Shown in pieces: positions 48,503-58,409 of a DNA stretch of 64,000 nt. This stretch comes from Sphingomonas sp. 32-62-10 (GTDB taxonomy: Bacteria > Pseudomonadota > Alphaproteobacteria > Sphingomonadales > Sphingomonadaceae): positions 55,019 through 119,018 of the forward strand of contig NZ_NCEE01000005.1 in assembly GCF_002280555.1 (NCBI RefSeq), in the 5' to 3' direction. Under the pieces are notes generated by a model. It was not told the origin of the DNA. It worked only from the letters and a program-made list of their open reading frames with translations, and ran no database searches. Numbering within the stretch: the stretch's first letter is position 1; each line of letters opens with the position of its first letter. The translations under genes were made by a program, and so were the position numbers.

Positions 48503-49633
48503 ATGAAACCGTCCACAACCAAAGACAATAGCTCTTGGCGGGAACGCTGGGTCGCCGCGCGCAACCGGGTGCTTGCCGATCCGGGTTTTCAGCATTTTGC
48601 GGCTCGCTTTTTTCTTACTCGACCGATCGTGCGCAGCAAGGCGCGCACGATGTTCAATCTGGTCGCGGGCTTCACCTATTCGCAGGTGATTGCGGCGTGC
48701 ATCGAGGTGAAACTGCTCGACCTGCTGGCCGATGGCGCGCGCGATCTGGACGATATCGCCGTGCAGATCGACATGCCGCGCGAGGCTGCCGACCGATTGC
48801 TGCGCGCCGCTGCCTCGATCGGGCTGGTCGAGCGACTCGGCGCGGAGCGATGGGCACTGGGTGGGGACGGCGCAGCACTGCGCGGCAACCGCGGCATTGC
48901 CGAAATGGTGGCGCATCACCGGCTGCTTTATGCTGATCTCGCCGATCCGGTGGCACTGCTGCGGCGCGGGGCGGGGGGTGGCCAGCTGTCCAATTACTGG
49001 ACCTATGCCGAATCGGTTGGGCAGGGGGAGGGGCATGAGGTTGCCGCCTATTCCGGGCTGATGGCGGCATCGCAGCCGCTGATCGCGACTCATGTGATCG
49101 ACAGCTATGATTTTACGCGGCACCGCCGGATGCTCGATGTGGGCGGCGGGCAGGGGGCATTCATCGCCGCTGTTGCCGCGCGGGTGCCGGCGATCACGCT
49201 TGGGCTGTTCGATCTGCCAGCCGTGGGCGAGCGCGCCCGCATCGCACTGGATGCCGCGGGATATGGGCCGCGCGTGACGATTCACGGTGGCAACTTCCTC
49301 GATGATGCGCTGCCCGGAGGGCATGATCTGATCACTTTGATCCGCGTGCTGCACGATCATGACGATGCACCGGCACTGCAATTGCTGCGCAACATTCGCG
49401 CGGCGCTGCCGCCTGGCGGACGTCTGCTGATCGCTGAACCTATGGCCGAAACGCCGGGCGCGGAGTCCGCTGGCGACGGCTATTTCGGCATGTATCTCTG
49501 GGCGATGGGGTCAGGCCGGCCGCGCAGCATGAAAGAGATCGCATCGATGCTGAAGGCGGCCGGGTTCAGCGCTACCAAGCGCGTCCCGACACCCTTGCCG
49601 CTGACGGTGAGTGCGATTGTGGCTGAAGCTTGA
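48503..49633 (+). CDS. crtF: Demethylspheroidene O-methyltransferase CrtF
   Basis: Dimerisation/winged-helix N-terminus and SAM motif LDVGGGQGAF. Position between crtD and bchC. Confidence 0.9.
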   Translation: MKPSTTKDNSSWRERWVAARNRVLADPGFQHFAARFFLTRPIVRSKARTMFNLVAGFTYSQVIAACIEVKLLDLLADGARDLDDIAVQIDMPREAADRLLRAAASIGLVERLGAERWALGGDGAALRGNRGIAEMVAHHRLLYADLADPVALLRRGAGGGQLSNYWTYAESVGQGEGHEVAAYSGLMAASQPLIATHVIDSYDFTRHRRMLDVGGGQGAFIAAVAARVPAITLGLFDLPAVGERARIALDAAGYGPRVTIHGGNFLDDALPGGHDLITLIRVLHDHDDAPALQLLRNIRAALPPGGRLLIAEPMAETPGAESAGDGYFGMYLWAMGSGRPRSMKEIASMLKAAGFSATKRVPTPLPLTVSAIVAEA

Positions 49634-49653
49634 CGGCAAAGCGTCCAGAACAG

Positions 49654-49685
49654 TTGACAATAAAAAGTGTCCATATAGGATGACA
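49654..49685 (+). promoter_or_regulatory. Candidate bchC promoter with overlapping TGT-N12-ACA (PpsR/CrtJ-type) site
   Basis: TTGACA (49654-49659), 16-nt spacer, TAGGAT (49676-49681). The palindrome TGTCCATATAGGATGACA (49668-49685) covers the -10 region. Confidence 0.55.
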
Positions 49686-49735
49686 CAAGAGGCGAAGAAT
49701 CCCGTCAAGCATTGGGATCGCCGGGGGAGTGCACG

Positions 49736-50665
49736 TTGGAAACGCTGGCCGTCATTTTGGAAGCTCCGGAAACGCTATCACTGCGTTCCATGGCGCTGAA
49801 TCCGATGGCACCGGGCGATTTACTCGTGGAAGTCGCCTGGAGCGGGATCAGCGCGGGTACCGAAAAACTGCTATGGTCGGGCCGGATGCCGGCTTTCCCG
49901 GGCATGGGCTATCCGCTGGTGCCGGGATACGAATCGGTTGGCCGCGTCGTCGACGCAGGGGCTGAGGCGCATTCGCGAATCGGTGAGTGGGTTTTTGTCC
50001 CGGGGGCCAATTGCTACACCCATGCACGCGGGCTTTTCGGCGGGACGGCACGGCGGGTGATCCTGCCTGCGGCCCGCGCCATGCCGGTCGACGAATCGCT
50101 GGGCGAAGCGGGCATTCTGATTGCGCTTGCTGCCACCGCCTATCACGCGATCGTCGGTGGGCAGGCGCCCGATCTGATTGTCGGTCACGGCATATTGGGC
50201 CGCTTGATCGCACGGATTGTCGTCGCGGTCGGTGCGCCGCCACCGACGGTGTGGGAAACCGCCGCCGCGCGCCGGGTGGGTGACTTCGGCTACCGGGTGA
50301 TCGATCCATCGGAAGATGATCGCAAAGACTATAAGACGATCTGTGATGCCAGCGGTGCCGGGAGCATCCTGGACACACTGATCGGTCGGCTTGCCAAGGG
50401 TGGTGAGGTGGTGCTCGCGGGCTTCTACGACAAGCTGACTTTTTCCTTTCCGCCCGCCTTCATGCGTGAAGCGCGGCTGCGGATATCAACCGAGTTTGTC
50501 ATCGAGGATCTGCGGGCGACCGCGGCGTTGGTCGATGGCGGTGCACTGAGCTTGAAGGGTCTGGTGAGCCATGTGCGGCCAGCTGGTGAGGCCGTTGAAG
50601 CCTATCCCGCCGCCTTTGGCGACCCGGAATGCCTGAAAATGGTTCTCGACTGGAGAAGCGAATGA
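49736..50665 (+). CDS. bchC: Bacteriochlorophyllide a dehydrogenase BchC
   Basis: ETLAVILEAPE...GISAGTEKLLWSGRMPAFPGMGYPLVPGYESVG. TTG 49736 is preceded by GGGGAG. The track start TTG 49712 is also possible. Confidence 0.9.
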   Translation: METLAVILEAPETLSLRSMALNPMAPGDLLVEVAWSGISAGTEKLLWSGRMPAFPGMGYPLVPGYESVGRVVDAGAEAHSRIGEWVFVPGANCYTHARGLFGGTARRVILPAARAMPVDESLGEAGILIALAATAYHAIVGGQAPDLIVGHGILGRLIARIVVAVGAPPPTVWETAAARRVGDFGYRVIDPSEDDRKDYKTICDASGAGSILDTLIGRLAKGGEVVLAGFYDKLTFSFPPAFMREARLRISTEFVIEDLRATAALVDGGALSLKGLVSHVRPAGEAVEAYPAAFGDPECLKMVLDWRSE

Positions 50666-51645
50666 CGATGCTTGATGTCGATGCCCTGCGCAATGAAGCG
50701 TCGCAGGAGCCCGATCCGGTTCATACCGGTGAAGTGACCAAGGAAACTCAGATCATTGCGATCTATGGTAAGGGTGGATCGGGCAAGTCCTTCGCCCTCG
50801 CCAATCTGAGCTACATGATGGCGCAGCAGGGCAAGCGCGTTCTGCTGATTGGTTGTGACCCGAAAAGCGATACGACCAGCTTGTTGTTCGGCGGCAAATC
50901 GACCCCGACGATCATAGAGACGAGTTCGAAGAAGAAGCTGGCGGGCGAAGAAATCGGCATCGAGGATGTCTGCTTCCAGCGCGATGGTGTTTTCGCGATG
51001 GAGTTGGGCGGGCCCGAAGTCGGTCGCGGCTGCGGCGGTCGCGGGATCATCCACGGTTTCGAAACGCTTGAAAAGCTTGGCTTCCATGAATGGGGCTTCG
51101 ATTACGTCCTGCTCGATTTCCTGGGTGACGTGGTGTGCGGCGGCTTCGGCCTGCCGATTGCGCGGGACATGTGCCAGAAGGTGATCGTCGTCGCGTCAAA
51201 CGATCTCCAGTCACTCTATGTTGCCAACAACGTCTGCAAGGCGGTCGAATATTTCCGCAAAATGGGCGGCAATGTCGGCGTGGCGGGCATGATCCTCAAC
51301 AAGGATGACGGCACGGGCGAAGCGAATGCGTTTGCCGAAGCGGTGGGCATTCCCGTGCTCTGCGCAATCCCGGCAAACGAGGATATCCGCAAAAAGAGCG
51401 CCAATTATCAGATTATCGGCAAGCCCGGTGGCCAATGGGCAAGCCTGTTCGAAGAACTCGCGATCAATGTCGCCGAAGCGCCACCGCTCCGCCCTGCGCC
51501 GCTCGATCAGGATGGGTTGCTGAACCTGTTCAGCGCCGATGTGACGGGGGCCGATTTCACGCTCAAGCCTGCAACCCAGGCCGATATGCGCGGCGTCGAC
51601 TTCGTCGTGAAGCCCTCCCTTGAAATCGTTTACGACACGGTTTGA
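50662..51645 (+). CDS. bchX: Chlorophyllide a reductase iron protein BchX
   Basis: NifH-like P-loop YGKGGSGKS, CDPKSDTT and Fe-S Cys ligands (GCGGRG, VVCGGF). ATGA overlap with bchC. Confidence 0.95.
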   Translation: MTMLDVDALRNEASQEPDPVHTGEVTKETQIIAIYGKGGSGKSFALANLSYMMAQQGKRVLLIGCDPKSDTTSLLFGGKSTPTIIETSSKKKLAGEEIGIEDVCFQRDGVFAMELGGPEVGRGCGGRGIIHGFETLEKLGFHEWGFDYVLLDFLGDVVCGGFGLPIARDMCQKVIVVASNDLQSLYVANNVCKAVEYFRKMGGNVGVAGMILNKDDGTGEANAFAEAVGIPVLCAIPANEDIRKKSANYQIIGKPGGQWASLFEELAINVAEAPPLRPAPLDQDGLLNLFSADVTGADFTLKPATQADMRGVDFVVKPSLEIVYDTV

Positions 51646-51648
51646 TCG

Positions 51649-53178
51649 ATGGATCTGGAAAACCCTTCCCGCGAGACTGATCGCATCGACCTCAGCGCTC
51701 CCGAAGCGCAGGGCGCTGGCTGCCATGCGGGTGCCGAGACGATGCATGAGGCAGCCTCCAAGGCTGGTAAATCGGAAATTCTAGAGCGTTATGCGGCGGA
51801 CTATCCCAAGGGCCCGCATGATCAGCCCCAATCGATGTGCCCTGCCTTCGGATCGCTGCGGGTAGGCCTGCGGATGCGCCGCACAGCGACCGTCCTCTCG
51901 GGTTCGGCCTGCTGCGTATACGGCCTGACCTTCACGTCGCACTTCTATGGCGCACGCCGCACCGTCGGCTATGTGCCCTTTTCGTCGGAGACGCTCGTCA
52001 CTGGCAAGTTGTTCGAGGACATCCGCGACGCGGTCCACGATCTCGCCGACCCCGCGCTGTACGACACGATTATCGTCACCAATCTCTGCGTGCCGACTGC
52101 TTCAGGCGTGCCGCTGCAATTGCTGCCTGACCAGATCAACGGCGTCCGCGTGATTGGCATCGACGTCCCCGGCTTCGGCGTACCGACGCATGCCGAAGCG
52201 AAGGATGTGCTGGCAGGCGCAATGCTCAACTATGCGCGCAAGGAGGCCGAGCTTGGCCCCGTTGCCGCGCCCAAAGAACGACCGGACCGGCCGACGGTGA
52301 CTCTCCTTGGCGAGATGTTCCCGGCCGACCCGCCAGGCATCGGCATTATGCTGGAGCCGCTGGGCCTTGCGGCAGGCCCGGTCGTACCGACGCGTGAATG
52401 GCGCGAACTCTATTCGGCACTCGACTGCGCCGTCGTTGCGGCCATCCACCCCTTCTACACTGCCAGCGTGCGTGAATTCGAAGCGGCGGGGCGCTCGGTC
52501 GTTGGTTCCGCCCCGGTTGGGCGTGATGGCACTGCGGCGTGGCTCGACGCGATCGGGGCAGCTTGCGGCATCGCGCAGGACAAGATCGACGCCTCCAAGA
52601 ACAAGTTCCTGCCCGCGATTACCGGTGCGCTCGCCGCGCGCCCGATCAAGGGTCGGATAACCGTTTCGGGCTATGAGGGCAGCGAATTGCTCGTTGCGCG
52701 ACTGTTGATTGAAAGCGGCGCCGACGTGCCCTATGTCGGCACGGCCTGCCCCCGCACCCGCTGGTCGGACCCGGACCGCGAATGGCTGGAGGCGCATGGC
52801 TGCCGCGTTCAATACCGCGCCAGCCTTGAGCAGGACATTGCGGCGATCCACGAATATGGGCCCGATCTCGCGATCGGCACAACGCCCGTCGTCCAGCACG
52901 CGAAGCAGAAATCGATCCCCTCGCTTTACTTTACCAACCTGATTTCCGCGCGGCCGCTCATGGGGCCCGCGGGGGCAGGCAGCCTGGCGATGGTCGTCAA
53001 CGCCGCGATGGCGAATCAGGCGCGGATGGACAAGATGAGCGCGTTCTTCGACGGCGTCGGCACGGGTCACACCGCCGGCATTTGGGAAAAAACCCCAGAG
53101 GATCGCCCCGATTTCAAGGCGAAATTCGCTGCCAAGCGCATCGCGGCCGCGAAGGCCGAGGAGCATATCGGCACATGA
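51649..53178 (+). CDS. bchY: Chlorophyllide a reductase subunit BchY
   Basis: NifD/K-like subunit with [10 protein letters not shown] and [21 protein letters not shown]. Position between bchX and bchZ. Confidence 0.93.
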   Translation: MDLENPSRETDRIDLSAPEAQGAGCHAGAETMHEAASKAGKSEILERYAADYPKGPHDQPQSMCPAFGSLRVGLRMRRTATVLSGSACCVYGLTFTSHFYGARRTVGYVPFSSETLVTGKLFEDIRDAVHDLADPALYDTIIVTNLCVPTASGVPLQLLPDQINGVRVIGIDVPGFGVPTHAEAKDVLAGAMLNYARKEAELGPVAAPKERPDRPTVTLLGEMFPADPPGIGIMLEPLGLAAGPVVPTREWRELYSALDCAVVAAIHPFYTASVREFEAAGRSVVGSAPVGRDGTAAWLDAIGAACGIAQDKIDASKNKFLPAITGALAARPIKGRITVSGYEGSELLVARLLIESGADVPYVGTACPRTRWSDPDREWLEAHGCRVQYRASLEQDIAAIHEYGPDLAIGTTPVVQHAKQKSIPSLYFTNLISARPLMGPAGAGSLAMVVNAAMANQARMDKMSAFFDGVGTGHTAGIWEKTPEDRPDFKAKFAAKRIAAAKAEEHIGT

Positions 53179-54620
53179 CGCTTGTTCTCGATCATGACCG
53201 CGCAGGCGGTTACTGGGGCGCGGTTTATGCGTTCACCGCGATCAAGGGACTTCAGGTCATCATCGATGGCCCGGTGGGCTGCGAGAATCTGCCTGTCACC
53301 TCGGTGTTGCATTACACCGATGGACTTCCCCCACACGAGCTGCCGATCGTTGTCACTGGCCTTGGCGAGCAAGAGCTTGGCCGCGACGGCACCGAGGGCG
53401 CGATGAAGCGCGCTTGGAAAACGCTCGATCCTGATCTGCCCGCAGTGGTGGTGACGGGGTCGATTGCCGAGATGATCGGCGGCGGTGTGACGCCCGAGGG
53501 CACCAACATCCAACGCTTCCTGCCGCGCACGATCGACGAGGATCAGTGGCAATCGGGCGACCGCGCCCTGACCTGGCTGTGGACGCAATTCGGGCCGAAA
53601 AAGGTGCCGAGCCTGAAGGAACTGCGCGAAGGTGAGAAGCCACGCGTCAACATCATCGGGCCAATGTACGGCACCTTTAACATGCCGTCCGACCTCGCCG
53701 AAATCCGTCGATTGATCGAAGGGATTGGCGCGCAGATCAATATGGTCTTCCCGCTCGGTAGTCACTTGGCGGACGTCAAGAAACTCGCCAACGCGCATGT
53801 GAATGTGTGCATGTACCGCGAATTCGGTCGCGGTCTGTGCGAGGCGCTTGAGCGCCCCTATCTGCAGGCGCCGATCGGGCTGGAAAGCACGACCCTGTTC
53901 CTGCGCAAGCTGGGTGAGTTGACCGGTCTCGATCCAGAGCCGTTTATCGAGCAGGAAAAGCACACCACCATTAAGCCGCTCTGGGATTTGTGGCGGTCAG
54001 TGACGCAGGATTTCTTTGCGACGGCCAGCTTTGCGGTGGTCGCAACGGAAACCTACGAACGCGGCATCCGCAATTTCCTCGAAAACGACATGGGGTTGCC
54101 CTGCAACTTCTCCTATCGCCGCACCGCCGGGGTGAAGCCCGATAATGCCGCCGTGCTTGAATCGATCCGTACCAATCCGCCGCTGATCATGTTCGGCAGC
54201 TATAATGAGCGGATGTACCTGGCGGAGACGGGCGCACGCAGCATTTACGTGCCTGTATCGTTCCCAGGCGCTGCAATCCGCCGTCATACCGGTACGCCGT
54301 ACATGGGCTATGCGGGCGCGACCTACCTCATCCAGGAAGTGTGCAACGCGCTGTTCGATGCGCTGTTCAACATCATCCCACTCGCCGCCCAACTCGACCA
54401 GGTCGAAGCGACGCCGGCGCGAATGGAACGCGAGCTGATGTGGGAAGATGAAGCCAAGGTCGAGCTCGACGCGGTCGTCGAGCGCGAACCGGTACTGGTC
54501 CGCATTTCCGCCGCCAAGCGCATCCGCGATGCCGCCGAACGCGGTGCACGCCGCGCGGGCGAAGCCAAAGTTACCGCCGAGCGCCTGGCGCTCGCGATTA
54601 CCGAAAGCAGGGGTGCATGA
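53175..54620 (+). CDS. bchZ: Chlorophyllide a reductase subunit BchZ
   Basis: [45 protein letters not shown] overlap with bchY. Confidence 0.93.
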   Translation: MTLVLDHDRAGGYWGAVYAFTAIKGLQVIIDGPVGCENLPVTSVLHYTDGLPPHELPIVVTGLGEQELGRDGTEGAMKRAWKTLDPDLPAVVVTGSIAEMIGGGVTPEGTNIQRFLPRTIDEDQWQSGDRALTWLWTQFGPKKVPSLKELREGEKPRVNIIGPMYGTFNMPSDLAEIRRLIEGIGAQINMVFPLGSHLADVKKLANAHVNVCMYREFGRGLCEALERPYLQAPIGLESTTLFLRKLGELTGLDPEPFIEQEKHTTIKPLWDLWRSVTQDFFATASFAVVATETYERGIRNFLENDMGLPCNFSYRRTAGVKPDNAAVLESIRTNPPLIMFGSYNERMYLAETGARSIYVPVSFPGAAIRRHTGTPYMGYAGATYLIQEVCNALFDALFNIIPLAAQLDQVEATPARMERELMWEDEAKVELDAVVEREPVLVRISAAKRIRDAAERGARRAGEAKVTAERLALAITESRGA

Positions 54621-54756
54621 TCGCCTTGCCCAGTCATTCCCGCGTGATGCGGGTCAACCAATCTTCGTGGTGCTTCGCGCTGCGTGGATGCCGCCGGGGG
54701 ACGCGTGCCGCGCGCCTGATCTCGTCGGGTCGAACGAAGATGAAGGAACGAACGAA

Positions 54757-54981
54757 ATGAGCGACGAAAGACTGGGGCCGGGCACCTACCTGACGCCCGA
54801 CGAAGCGAAGGAATTCCACAAGCTGTTCGTGGTCAGCATGGGGTTCTTCACCATTGTGGCCATCATTGCCCACTTCCTCGTTTGGCAGTGGCGGCCATGG
54901 TTCCCGGGCACGGCTGGCTATGAAGCCACCGCAGCGCTCGTGGTGCCGGTTGAAGCGCCGATCCACTCGGCCAACGTATAA
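54757..54981 (+). CDS. pufB: Light-harvesting 1 beta polypeptide PufB (with C-terminal extension)
   Basis: [13 protein letters not shown]...[15 protein letters not shown] core with BChl-binding His. About 26 further residues follow WRPWF. RBS is GAAGGA. Confidence 0.9.
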   Translation: MSDERLGPGTYLTPDEAKEFHKLFVVSMGFFTIVAIIAHFLVWQWRPWFPGTAGYEATAALVVPVEAPIHSANV

Positions 54982-54996
54982 AAAGGAGACTATGCC

Positions 54997-55185
54997 ATGT
55001 GGAGAATGTGGGTAACTTTTGATCCGCGCAGGGTCCTGACAGCGCTGGCAGTGTTTCTGTTCACGCTCGCGATCCTGATTCACTTCATCCTGCTGAGCAC
55101 CAATCGCTACAATTGGCTCGAAGCACCCAATCCGCCTGCAGCTGCAGCTGCAGCGGCAGTGACTCCGGCAGCGCCGGCGTCCTGA
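54997..55185 (+). CDS. pufA: Light-harvesting 1 alpha polypeptide PufA (Ala/Pro-rich tail)
   Basis: [40 protein letters not shown] core. AGGAG lies 8 nt upstream. Confidence 0.9.
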   Translation: MWRMWVTFDPRRVLTALAVFLFTLAILIHFILLSTNRYNWLEAPNPPAAAAAAAVTPAAPAS

Positions 55186-55196
55186 TCAGACCTGCA

Positions 55197-55283
55197 GTGA
55201 CAACTCGTTTGTCACGTTGTTGACAGTCGAGGCGGACGTGACCTGATTGGCGTAAAAAGCGCCCAGGTCCGTCCAGTCCTCGA
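55197..55283 (+). promoter_or_regulatory. pufA-pufL intercistronic stem-loops (mRNA stability/partial terminator elements)
   Basis: Hairpin GTGACAA-N5-TTGTCAC (55197-55215), plus a long imperfect hairpin at about 55227-55283 (GACCTG.../...CAGGTC arms). Confidence 0.6.
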
Positions 55284-55335
55284 CCACCTAATTCATGCCA
55301 TCCCGCCGCATACCGACGGGTGAAGGAGCTGTTCC

Positions 55336-56160
55336 ATGGCACTCTTGAGCTTTGAGCGGAAATATCGCGTAAGGGGAGGCACGCTGGTTGGCGGGGACCT
55401 TTTCGATTTTTGGATCGGCCCTTTCTATGTCGGTTTTTTCGGCGTCACGACGGCGTTCTTCGCCAGTCTTGGTACTGCACTGATCCTGTACGGCGCATCC
55501 CTGGGTCCAACATGGAACCCGTGGTTGATCAGCATCGCGCCACCTGACCTGAGTTACGGGCTGAGCCTGGCGCCGTTGAAGGCAGGCGGTTTGTGGCAGA
55601 TTATCACGATCTGCGCGATCGGTGCGTTCGTCTCCTGGGCATTGCGCGAGGTGGAGATCTGCCGAAAGCTGGGGATGGGATATCACGTCCCGATCGCTTT
55701 CGGCTTTGCGATCTTCGCTTATGTCAGTCTGGTCGTCATCCGGCCGATGCTGCTGGGCGCCTGGGGGCATGGCTTTCCGTACGGAATCTTCAGCCATCTC
55801 GATTGGGTGTCGAACACCGGCTACCAGTATCTCCATTTCCATTACAATCCGGCGCACATGATCGCCGTGAGCTTCTTCTTCACGACGACGCTCGCACTCG
55901 CGCTTCATGGTGGCCTGGTGCTGTCCGCGGTGAACCCGCAAAAGGGCGAAGACGTAAAGTCGCCCGAATATGAAGACGCCTTTTTCCGCGATACGATCGG
56001 TTACTCGGTCGGCACGCTCGGCATTCACCGTGTCGGCTTGTTTCTCGCGCTTTCGGCGGGCTTCTGGAGCGCCATCTGCATTATCATCAGCGGCCCGCTT
56101 TGGACGCGCGGCTGGCCTGAATGGTGGACGTGGTGGCTCAACCTGCCGATCTGGGCTTAA
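55336..56160 (+). CDS. pufL: Photosynthetic reaction centre L subunit
   Basis: [36 protein letters not shown]. Five TM helices with conserved His ligands. Confidence 0.97.
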   Translation: MALLSFERKYRVRGGTLVGGDLFDFWIGPFYVGFFGVTTAFFASLGTALILYGASLGPTWNPWLISIAPPDLSYGLSLAPLKAGGLWQIITICAIGAFVSWALREVEICRKLGMGYHVPIAFGFAIFAYVSLVVIRPMLLGAWGHGFPYGIFSHLDWVSNTGYQYLHFHYNPAHMIAVSFFFTTTLALALHGGLVLSAVNPQKGEDVKSPEYEDAFFRDTIGYSVGTLGIHRVGLFLALSAGFWSAICIIISGPLWTRGWPEWWTWWLNLPIWA

Positions 56161-56172
56161 GGAGCGCGCAAC

Positions 56173-57147
56173 ATGGCGACCTATCAAAATATCTTTACAC
56201 AGGTTCAGCTGCGCGCTGCCCCCGAAATGGGGCCGCCGACAAATGATCCGCACGAAACCCGCACGAATGCCGGTGGCTTCTTCTACTGGCTGGGCAAGAT
56301 CGGCAACGCGCAGATCGGCCCGATCTACCTGGGCTGGCTCGGGTCGATCTCGCTGGTCCTGGGGTTGATTGCCTTTGAGATCATCGGGCTCAACATGCTG
56401 GCCTCGGTTGGTTGGAACCCGATCCAGTTCGTCCGCCAGCTGTTCTGGCTGTCGCTCGAACCGCCGGCACCAAAATATGGCTTCTCTCCATTCGTGCCGC
56501 TGCATGAAGGCGGCTGGTTCATCCTGACCGGTCTGTTCTTCTCGGCATCGGTATTGCTCTGGTGGGCACGCACCTATCGCCGGGCACTGGCATTGGGCAT
56601 GGGCACGCATGTGTCCTGGGCGTTCCTCAGCGCGATCTGGCTGATGCTCGTCCTTGGCTTTATCCGGCCGATGCTGATGGGCAGCTGGTCAGAAGCAGTG
56701 CCTTACGGCATCTTCCCGCATCTTGATTGGACTGCCGCATTCTCGATCCGCTACGGCAACCTCTTCTACAATCCGTTCCACGCGCTCTCGATCGCCTTCC
56801 TCTACGGGTCGACGCTTCTGTTCGCGATGCACGGCGCCACCATCCTGGCCGTTGGTCGGTATGGCGGTGAACGCGAAATCGAGCAAATTACCGATCGTGG
56901 TACAGCATCCGAACGCGCAGCGCTCTTCTGGCGCTGGACGATGGGGTTCAACGCCACGATGGAATCGATCCACCGCTGGGCCTGGTGGTTTGCGGTGCTG
57001 ACGACGCTCACGGGCGGTATCGGCATCCTGCTGACGGGCACCGTTGTTGATAACTGGTATCTCTGGGCCCAACAGAATGGCTATGCGCCATCCTATCCCA
57101 GCACCGGGGTCATCGATCCAGCAACTTTGCCGGGAGCACCGCAATGA
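56173..57147 (+). CDS. pufM: Photosynthetic reaction centre M subunit
   Basis: YQNIFTQVQ...GPIYLGWLG...WAFLSAIW...HGATILA motifs. Confidence 0.97.
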   Translation: MATYQNIFTQVQLRAAPEMGPPTNDPHETRTNAGGFFYWLGKIGNAQIGPIYLGWLGSISLVLGLIAFEIIGLNMLASVGWNPIQFVRQLFWLSLEPPAPKYGFSPFVPLHEGGWFILTGLFFSASVLLWWARTYRRALALGMGTHVSWAFLSAIWLMLVLGFIRPMLMGSWSEAVPYGIFPHLDWTAAFSIRYGNLFYNPFHALSIAFLYGSTLLFAMHGATILAVGRYGGEREIEQITDRGTASERAALFWRWTMGFNATMESIHRWAWWFAVLTTLTGGIGILLTGTVVDNWYLWAQQNGYAPSYPSTGVIDPATLPGAPQ

Positions 57148-58244
57148 TCCGCGTCGCCACCATAACCAAATCGGTCCTTGCTGGATCGCTCATGCTGGTC
57201 CTTTCGGGCTGCGAATTCGGCCCGAAAAAGATCGAACAGACGGGATATCGGGGCACCGGTGGTGCGCAGATCATCAAGGCCAGCCGGGTTACCCCGCAGG
57301 ACGTCCCGGCACCGCCCTATGATTTGCCGGAAGATGGCGGACCGCTGGCCAGCGAAACCTACCAGAACGTCAAGGTCTTGGGGAATGTGAGCTCCGAACG
57401 GTTCAACCATCTGATGGCGGCGATTACCCAGTGGGTCGCGCCGCCAGAGGCTGGTTGCAACTATTGCCACAACCCGAACAACATGGCTTCGGACGAGGTC
57501 TATACCAAGGTCGTCGCCCGCAAAATGTTGCAGATGACGATCAACATCAATGCGAACTGGAAACCGCACGTCAAGGAAACCGGCGTCACGTGCTATACGT
57601 GCCACCGCGGCAATGCGGTGCCAAAGAATGTGTGGGCCAGAGCAGACGCACCGGAAGGTTCGACGCGGTCGATGAGCAATCGCCACGGTCAGGGCAAGCC
57701 GGTTGACGCCAATGCATTCAGCTCACTGCCTTATGATCCCTTCACCACCTATCTGGGTGCCAAGAACAACATCCGCGTGCAGTCCGCAGCGGCGTTGCGG
57801 GGCGGTACACCGGGCGCATCGATTGCCCGGACCGAAAAAACCTATGCGTTGATGATGCACATGTCATCGGCGTTGAATGTCAACTGCACCTATTGCCATA
57901 ACACTGACTCGTTCTCGAGCTGGAGCAATAGCCGGCCGCAGCGTGTTGGTGCTTGGTACGGCATCCGGATGGTTGGTGAGATCAACAACAAGTACATCTC
58001 CTCGCTCGCCTCGGTCTTCCCTGCCAATCGCAAGGGGCCTTATGGTGATGTGCTGAAGACCAACTGTACGACGTGCCATCAGGGCCTGGCCAAGCCACTG
58101 GGTGGTGTCAGCATGATCGCGGACTACCCAGCGCTGACAGGGGCACCAATGGCGATGCCGGCAGCGCCAGCAACCGAACCGACCGAAGCGACGCCAGTGG
58201 CGGCCGCGGATGGCAATACGGCGCTGCCCACCGCAGCGCAGTAA
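57144..58244 (+). CDS. pufC: Reaction-centre tetraheme cytochrome c subunit PufC (lipoprotein-type signal)
   Basis: Four CxxCH motifs (CNYCH, CYTCH, CTYCH, CTTCH). Lipobox LSGC in the signal peptide. ATGA overlap with pufM. Confidence 0.93.
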   Translation: MIRVATITKSVLAGSLMLVLSGCEFGPKKIEQTGYRGTGGAQIIKASRVTPQDVPAPPYDLPEDGGPLASETYQNVKVLGNVSSERFNHLMAAITQWVAPPEAGCNYCHNPNNMASDEVYTKVVARKMLQMTININANWKPHVKETGVTCYTCHRGNAVPKNVWARADAPEGSTRSMSNRHGQGKPVDANAFSSLPYDPFTTYLGAKNNIRVQSAAALRGGTPGASIARTEKTYALMMHMSSALNVNCTYCHNTDSFSSWSNSRPQRVGAWYGIRMVGEINNKYISSLASVFPANRKGPYGDVLKTNCTTCHQGLAKPLGGVSMIADYPALTGAPMAMPAAPATEPTEATPVAAADGNTALPTAAQ

Positions 58245-58252
58245 TCGATAGC

Positions 58253-58274
58253 GGCGCGCGGTGATCCGCGCGCC
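58253..58274 (+). terminator. GC-rich hairpin immediately after pufC
   Basis: GGCGCGCGG-TGAT-CCGCGCGCC followed by ATTT. Confidence 0.5.
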
Positions 58275-58323
58275 ATTTCGGGTGGCTGGTCTCAGCTGGG
58301 ATAATTGAATGACGAAAACGCCC

Positions 58324-58366
58324 TGCCTATCGATCAGATAGGCAGGGCGTTTTGTTTATGGGGAAC
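58324..58366. terminator. Bidirectional rho-independent terminator between the convergent puf and puh/hemA operons
   Basis: 17-bp perfect stem AAAACGCCCTGCCTATC / GATAGGCAGGGCGTTTT with loop GATCA. T-runs follow the stem on both strands. Confidence 0.8.
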
Positions 58367-58409
58367 GCGTTTGATCCGGTTGCGGGCTAAAGAAAGCCTG
58401 GACCTTCCG

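Noticed and set aside
54621-54756. Expected pufQ between bchZ and pufB
   Set aside because: The gap is only 136 bp. The only ORF (47 codons) lacks the hydrophobic core of PufQ, so it is not called pufQ. It is reported separately as a low-confidence coupling ORF.
55136-55159. CTGCAG/CGGCAG hexamer tandem repeat
   Set aside because: It lies inside pufA and simply encodes the poly-Ala tail. It is not a CRISPR or intergenic microsatellite, and is mentioned only as a possible slippage site.
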